A stretch of 19,722 bases of DNA from Candidatus Hermodarchaeota archaeon (GTDB lineage Archaea; Asgardarchaeota; Hermodarchaeia; Hermodarchaeales; Hermodarchaeaceae). Made by a program: the position numbers and the translations under genes. Positions 16,358 to 19,722 of this stretch are shown here, piece by piece. How positions within the stretch are numbered: the first letter of the stretch is position 1; every line of letters begins with the position of its first letter. The DNA lies in assembly GCA_016839365.1 (NCBI GenBank), contig JAEOUH010000032.1:1-19722 (forward strand), in the 5' to 3' direction. The notes beneath the pieces were generated by a model that searched no databases, had not been told where the DNA came from, and worked only from the letters and a program-made list of their open reading frames with translations.

Positions 16358-16509
16358 CCATTGACCCTGTTAATAAACGACGCAACACAGAGAAGTGACC
16401 ATGCTTAAGTAACATGGATTTTTATTTTTGTAAAACAAGATTGGCTTTGGAAACATTTTTGCCTTCTTCTATGCAGTATATACATGGGTAGGCCACGGCG
16501 ACTCGGACC

Positions 16510-16875
16510 GTGAACCCAGCTGTGGAGAGCTTGAGCACCGAAATCTATGCTGCAAAAATCCGAGGCTATATTCAAGAAGCCCGGAAAAAGAAAGCGGAAC
16601 AAGATTATTTCGCAGCGGGTTTGCTTTATCAACGGGCGGCGAAACTCGCGCACAAAATCAATCGGGCCCCACAGAAGTATGAAGCCCAAGCGCTAGACTG
16701 CTTTGAAATGCAGTTGCAGAGCAGCTTGGATGATGAAGATTTTTCAAAAGCCGCCGATACGCTTGAAAAGATTGCGAAGATGTACGATGCAAGTGGAGAT
16801 ACCCAGATAGGAGCGGAGTTACGGCTTCAGGCGAGTTACTTGCGGCTACGGGGCATTGAAGCATTGGTTAATTAG
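16510..16875 (+). CDS. Hypothetical alpha-helical repeat (TPR/SNAP-like) protein
   Basis: Two similar units, DYFAAGLLYQRAAKL and DFSKAADTLEKIAKMY. Start may be TTG 16531 after GGAG. Confidence 0.6.
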   Translation: MNPAVESLSTEIYAAKIRGYIQEARKKKAEQDYFAAGLLYQRAAKLAHKINRAPQKYEAQALDCFEMQLQSSLDDEDFSKAADTLEKIAKMYDASGDTQIGAELRLQASYLRLRGIEALVN

Positions 16876-16894
16876 GTTTAAAGTAACACTGATG

Positions 16895-17509
16895 TTAGTC
16901 TTCGCTACGTTCACCTATTATGACGAGGAAAACCAACACCAATCCTATTGCCACCAAAACATCGCAAAGTTGATGGAGAAATAAACTCTCTATGGTGATG
17001 CCCCCAAACAGGCTTACGAAACAGGGGATCCCCAGCCCTAAATTTGAACATCGAAGCTGAGAAAGAAATGCAACATTCATTAAGCTAATAGCAATTCCTA
17101 GGCATAGAAGACCCACAAGGCCCAAAATAACCAGAACCGGGGTTTTGCTTAGCCATTTTCTGAGGAGTGTAAATACACGGAACCACTGGACAGAATCATC
17201 CTGAGACTCTGTTTGAGAGCTTCGATGAAGAAGAAGTGTTAGTCCCATCAGAATCATCCCGAACACAAACAAAAGGATTCCCAGATAATGCCACATATCA
17301 GGAAAGATTCGGAAATAAGGAAACAGCGACCATTGAACTACTACACCGTAACGTAAAGCAAAGATAGCTTCGTCAAGGCAAACCCAGACAGCGAAACTGA
17401 TTATGAAAAAGGGTATGAAGGCCATAGTATAAAACAACCAATCTGGTTCAATCGTTTGAGCTCGCCGGATCCATTTACCCCTCCGCTGCTCCTGCTGTTC
17501 CATTCTCAA
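16895..17509 (-). CDS. Hypothetical 4-TM membrane protein
   Basis: Four hydrophobic segments; abuts or overlaps the stop of the upstream ORF (alternative ATG 17503). Confidence 0.7.
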   Translation of the reverse strand: MRMEQQEQRRGKWIRRAQTIEPDWLFYTMAFIPFFIISFAVWVCLDEAIFALRYGVVVQWSLFPYFRIFPDMWHYLGILLFVFGMILMGLTLLLHRSSQTESQDDSVQWFRVFTLLRKWLSKTPVLVILGLVGLLCLGIAISLMNVAFLSQLRCSNLGLGIPCFVSLFGGITIESLFLHQLCDVLVAIGLVLVFLVIIGERSED

Positions 17510-18132
17510 CTCAGCCTCCCCTGTTGGGATAAAACCCCTAAAACAACCTTAATTGCATTTATTGAAGCGATAATGATGAGGCCGTAGATCACAAATAGGC
17601 TTCCGAGTTCATGAAGGAGTAGCGGAGGGATTTCAATTGTTAAAAATACATAGCTATTTGTTGGTAGGGTGCCTTTCAGAAACTCGCCTTGGTAGAGGTA
17701 AGCTTGATGCATACAAAACCAAACACCCATGCTTGCAAGGAAAAGGCCCATAAACCCTAAAACCTTGAGAAGGTCCGAATGACATAAGAAATATTCAAGG
17801 CGACTCCAAAATCTTGGGGAGCGAGCCTTCGATTTTTCCGAAATTACCAGCGTTAAAGTAATGGGCAAATACATGATTACAAGGCCAACAGAGGCTAAGA
17901 CAATGCCAATGTCATGCAGTTGAGCTAGATTAAACGCGGGAAACAAAATCCCTATTTCTGGAGGTAAAAACTGACCAAAATAGAGTAACATGAAAGCTTG
18001 ATCGAGAAACCCTTCAACACTTATGAAAACCAGTAAGAACGCAAAGACGCTCACCCCAATAAATACAATGAGAAGTTTGCGTTTTGAACTAATTCGCTGT
18101 GCATGTGATGAAGTATCTTGCAGGGTAAACAC
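17506..18132 (-). CDS. Hypothetical 4-TM membrane protein, probable paralog of 16895..17509
   Basis: Four hydrophobic segments; shared LD(Q/E)A and H(x)(L/I)G motifs. Confidence 0.7.
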   Translation of the reverse strand: MFTLQDTSSHAQRISSKRKLLIVFIGVSVFAFLLVFISVEGFLDQAFMLLYFGQFLPPEIGILFPAFNLAQLHDIGIVLASVGLVIMYLPITLTLVISEKSKARSPRFWSRLEYFLCHSDLLKVLGFMGLFLASMGVWFCMHQAYLYQGEFLKGTLPTNSYVFLTIEIPPLLLHELGSLFVIYGLIIIASINAIKVVLGVLSQQGRLS

Positions 18133-18257
18133 GCTCTTTTATACTAAGCCTTTTGTGGATTGTGTGTGATAACTCACTACTCCAAAGTGACAACTTTACC
18201 ACCTAGCTAATGGAAGACTAGCGATAATAGCATTATTGTGATGTAATCCGGATTAAG

Positions 18258-18932
18258 TTATAACTTGATGGCAAAAATCGTTGACACTAACAAGCCAAAC
18301 ATTGATTGTACTTGTTCTTGCTGAGGTTCGAATCCAGTCTGAATTAGTTCGTGTCTGGCTTGAATTGGGCGACAATCCACCCACTGAGGAAACCTCTTGT
18401 GAATCCACTCATAAATGCGTTCAATTCGAGAACATCGCCTTGATTTGAGCAAGGAGACAATACAGATTCGCCCTCGGGGTTTGAGTACGCGATAACATTC
18501 TCTTAGAACCTGCAGAATGTCTTTTGTATCGAAAAGTTCCAAGGTGAAACTTATGAACAGAGCATCAAATGCAGCTGTTTCAAAGGGCAATTTCTGAGCA
18601 TCCCCTCGATGCAATGTGACCCGATCCAATAATTTCGCTTGGTGTATTCGGAGACGAGTAATGGCACACATTCGGTCTGAGATATCTATCCCGCTCACGT
18701 GTCCACCTTCCCCAACGGTTTTCGCTAGCTTCAAGAGTGCATGACCAGTTCCGAATCCGATCTCTAGCACAGATTCACCTGGCTGGACATTCAACATCAG
18801 CAAACCGTTCATAGTATAAGGTCTTTCGAACTGCCCTCCAATGAAGTCATAAAAGAGACCATAGCGGTTATATGCTATTCGAGCTGCTTGTCGCGGACGA
18901 TTGACCCGACTAATTGCTAGTGGACCTGACAT
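18258..18932 (-). CDS. Class I SAM-dependent methyltransferase (UbiE/MenG-like)
   Basis: VLEIGFGTG, GIDIS..M, GDA..LPF...FD, RVLKP.G. Confidence 0.9.
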   Translation of the reverse strand: MSGPLAISRVNRPRQAARIAYNRYGLFYDFIGGQFERPYTMNGLLMLNVQPGESVLEIGFGTGHALLKLAKTVGEGGHVSGIDISDRMCAITRLRIHQAKLLDRVTLHRGDAQKLPFETAAFDALFISFTLELFDTKDILQVLRECYRVLKPRGRICIVSLLKSRRCSRIERIYEWIHKRFPQWVDCRPIQARHELIQTGFEPQQEQVQSMFGLLVSTIFAIKL

Positions 18933-19006
18933 ACCCTAACCGAATCCCATTAGTTCTGGAAAGGTAAAAAGGCCTCCTATTTGTTTCGCCTTACAAAGAG
19001 TAAAGA

Positions 19007-19029
19007 GGATTGTGGAAAATCCACAACCC
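19007..19029 (-). terminator. Stem-loop downstream of the Asp-box gene
   Basis: Minus strand GGTTGTGGA-TTT-TCCACAATC followed by CTCTTT. Confidence 0.45.
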
Positions 19030-19038
19030 TATCTGGTG

Positions 19039-19722
19039 CTAGTTATTTTTGCGTCGTCGAAGAAGCAGATAGACAACTACAATGACAACGATTATTATGA
19101 CTACGGCGATGATGAGAAGCCATTCAAAGGGAAATGGGAATACGGGAGCTAGGAATAGGCCTTGTCGGGCGAAATAGATGTCATGATTCACTCCGTTACG
19201 TCCATCAGTCCACACAATGCACATCTCCCCATTTGGAGCTGCCCGCATGGTAAAGTAATCACCTGGTCGATCAAAGGTCAAAGGAAAGCCGATTTCAGTG
19301 ATTCGCTCATCATCGGAAAAAGACGCACCCCCATCGGTGGAATAACTGTAGTAGATGTCGTATTGCCCGTGTCGGGTATCAAGCCAGGCGACGTGGATTG
19401 TATCGTCTTGGTCAATGAACATTTCGACCATTCGTTGATTTCCAGTAATGCCACCATTATAATCATTTACTTGCTGTGGCGAGTTCCAGGTGTTCCCACC
19501 ATCAGTTGATTTGATGACATAAATTTCCTTATTCTCAGTGAACCCCGCAGCATAGGCAACATAGACATTTTGGGAACTATCAGTATTTACAACTGTGATT
19601 AAATCAACCTCAGAATGTGTTGGACCCACTCTTATGCTTGGTGACCATGTCACCCCTCGATCACTGGAGCGCGTCAAGAAGATCTGAGTATTAGGGGCCT
19701 CTTCAGTGGTCCCATTGATGTA
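19039..19722 (-). CDS. Membrane-anchored BNR/Asp-box (sialidase-like beta-propeller) surface protein, 5' end outside the window
   Basis: Asp boxes SSDRGVTW, STDGGNTW, STDGGASF; C-terminal TM helix plus RRRKNN. The frame stays open to the window end (YINGTTEEAPNTQIFLTRS...). Confidence 0.85.
   Translation of the reverse strand, partial: YINGTTEEAPNTQIFLTRSSDRGVTWSPSIRVGPTHSEVDLITVVNTDSSQNVYVAYAAGFTENKEIYVIKSTDGGNTWNSPQQVNDYNGGITGNQRMVEMFIDQDDTIHVAWLDTRHGQYDIYYSYSTDGGASFSDDERITEIGFPLTFDRPGDYFTMRAAPNGEMCIVWTDGRNGVNHDIYFARQGLFLAPVFPFPFEWLLIIAVVIIIVVIVVVYLLLRRRKNN

Noticed and set aside
826-19509. Numerous short antisense or alternate-frame ORFs in the track (e.g. 826..1098, 5696..5971, 7159..7434, 9381..9752, 19162..19509)
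   Set aside because: They overlap well-supported genes and show no recognizable motifs, so they are treated as shadow ORFs.
1-19722. CRISPR arrays, tRNA/rRNA genes, IS elements or integrases bounding the island
   Set aside because: I saw no regularly spaced repeats, cloverleaf or rRNA-like sequence, transposase or terminal repeats by eye.

Overview
Gene-dense prokaryotic window, most likely archaeal and possibly Asgard-type. That assignment is an inference from GGTGA/GGAGG ribosome-binding sites, TTTATA-type boxes, a schizorhodopsin-like opsin and a tandem Lrp/AsnC regulator. The left ~10 kb reads as a light/photo-oxidative-stress island: a partial divergent carotenoid desaturase, a crtB-crtI-fixC-fixX run, a flavin-binding split-barrel protein divergent from a class I CPD photolyase, a BCP peroxiredoxin, a signal-less fasciclin, a schizorhodopsin-like opsin with an unusual F-S-S helix C motif, an ATP10/thioredoxin-like protein and an atypical Fpg/Nei glycosylase. 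The right half is a mixed accessory region: GYD, DUF362, a secreted protein, a double Lrp/AsnC regulator, two flavodoxins, a C_GCAxxG_C_C protein, a saccharopine dehydrogenase-like enzyme, a helical-repeat protein, two paralogous His-bearing membrane proteins, a SAM methyltransferase and a partial membrane-anchored Asp-box protein. I saw no RNA genes, CRISPR arrays or mobile elements.
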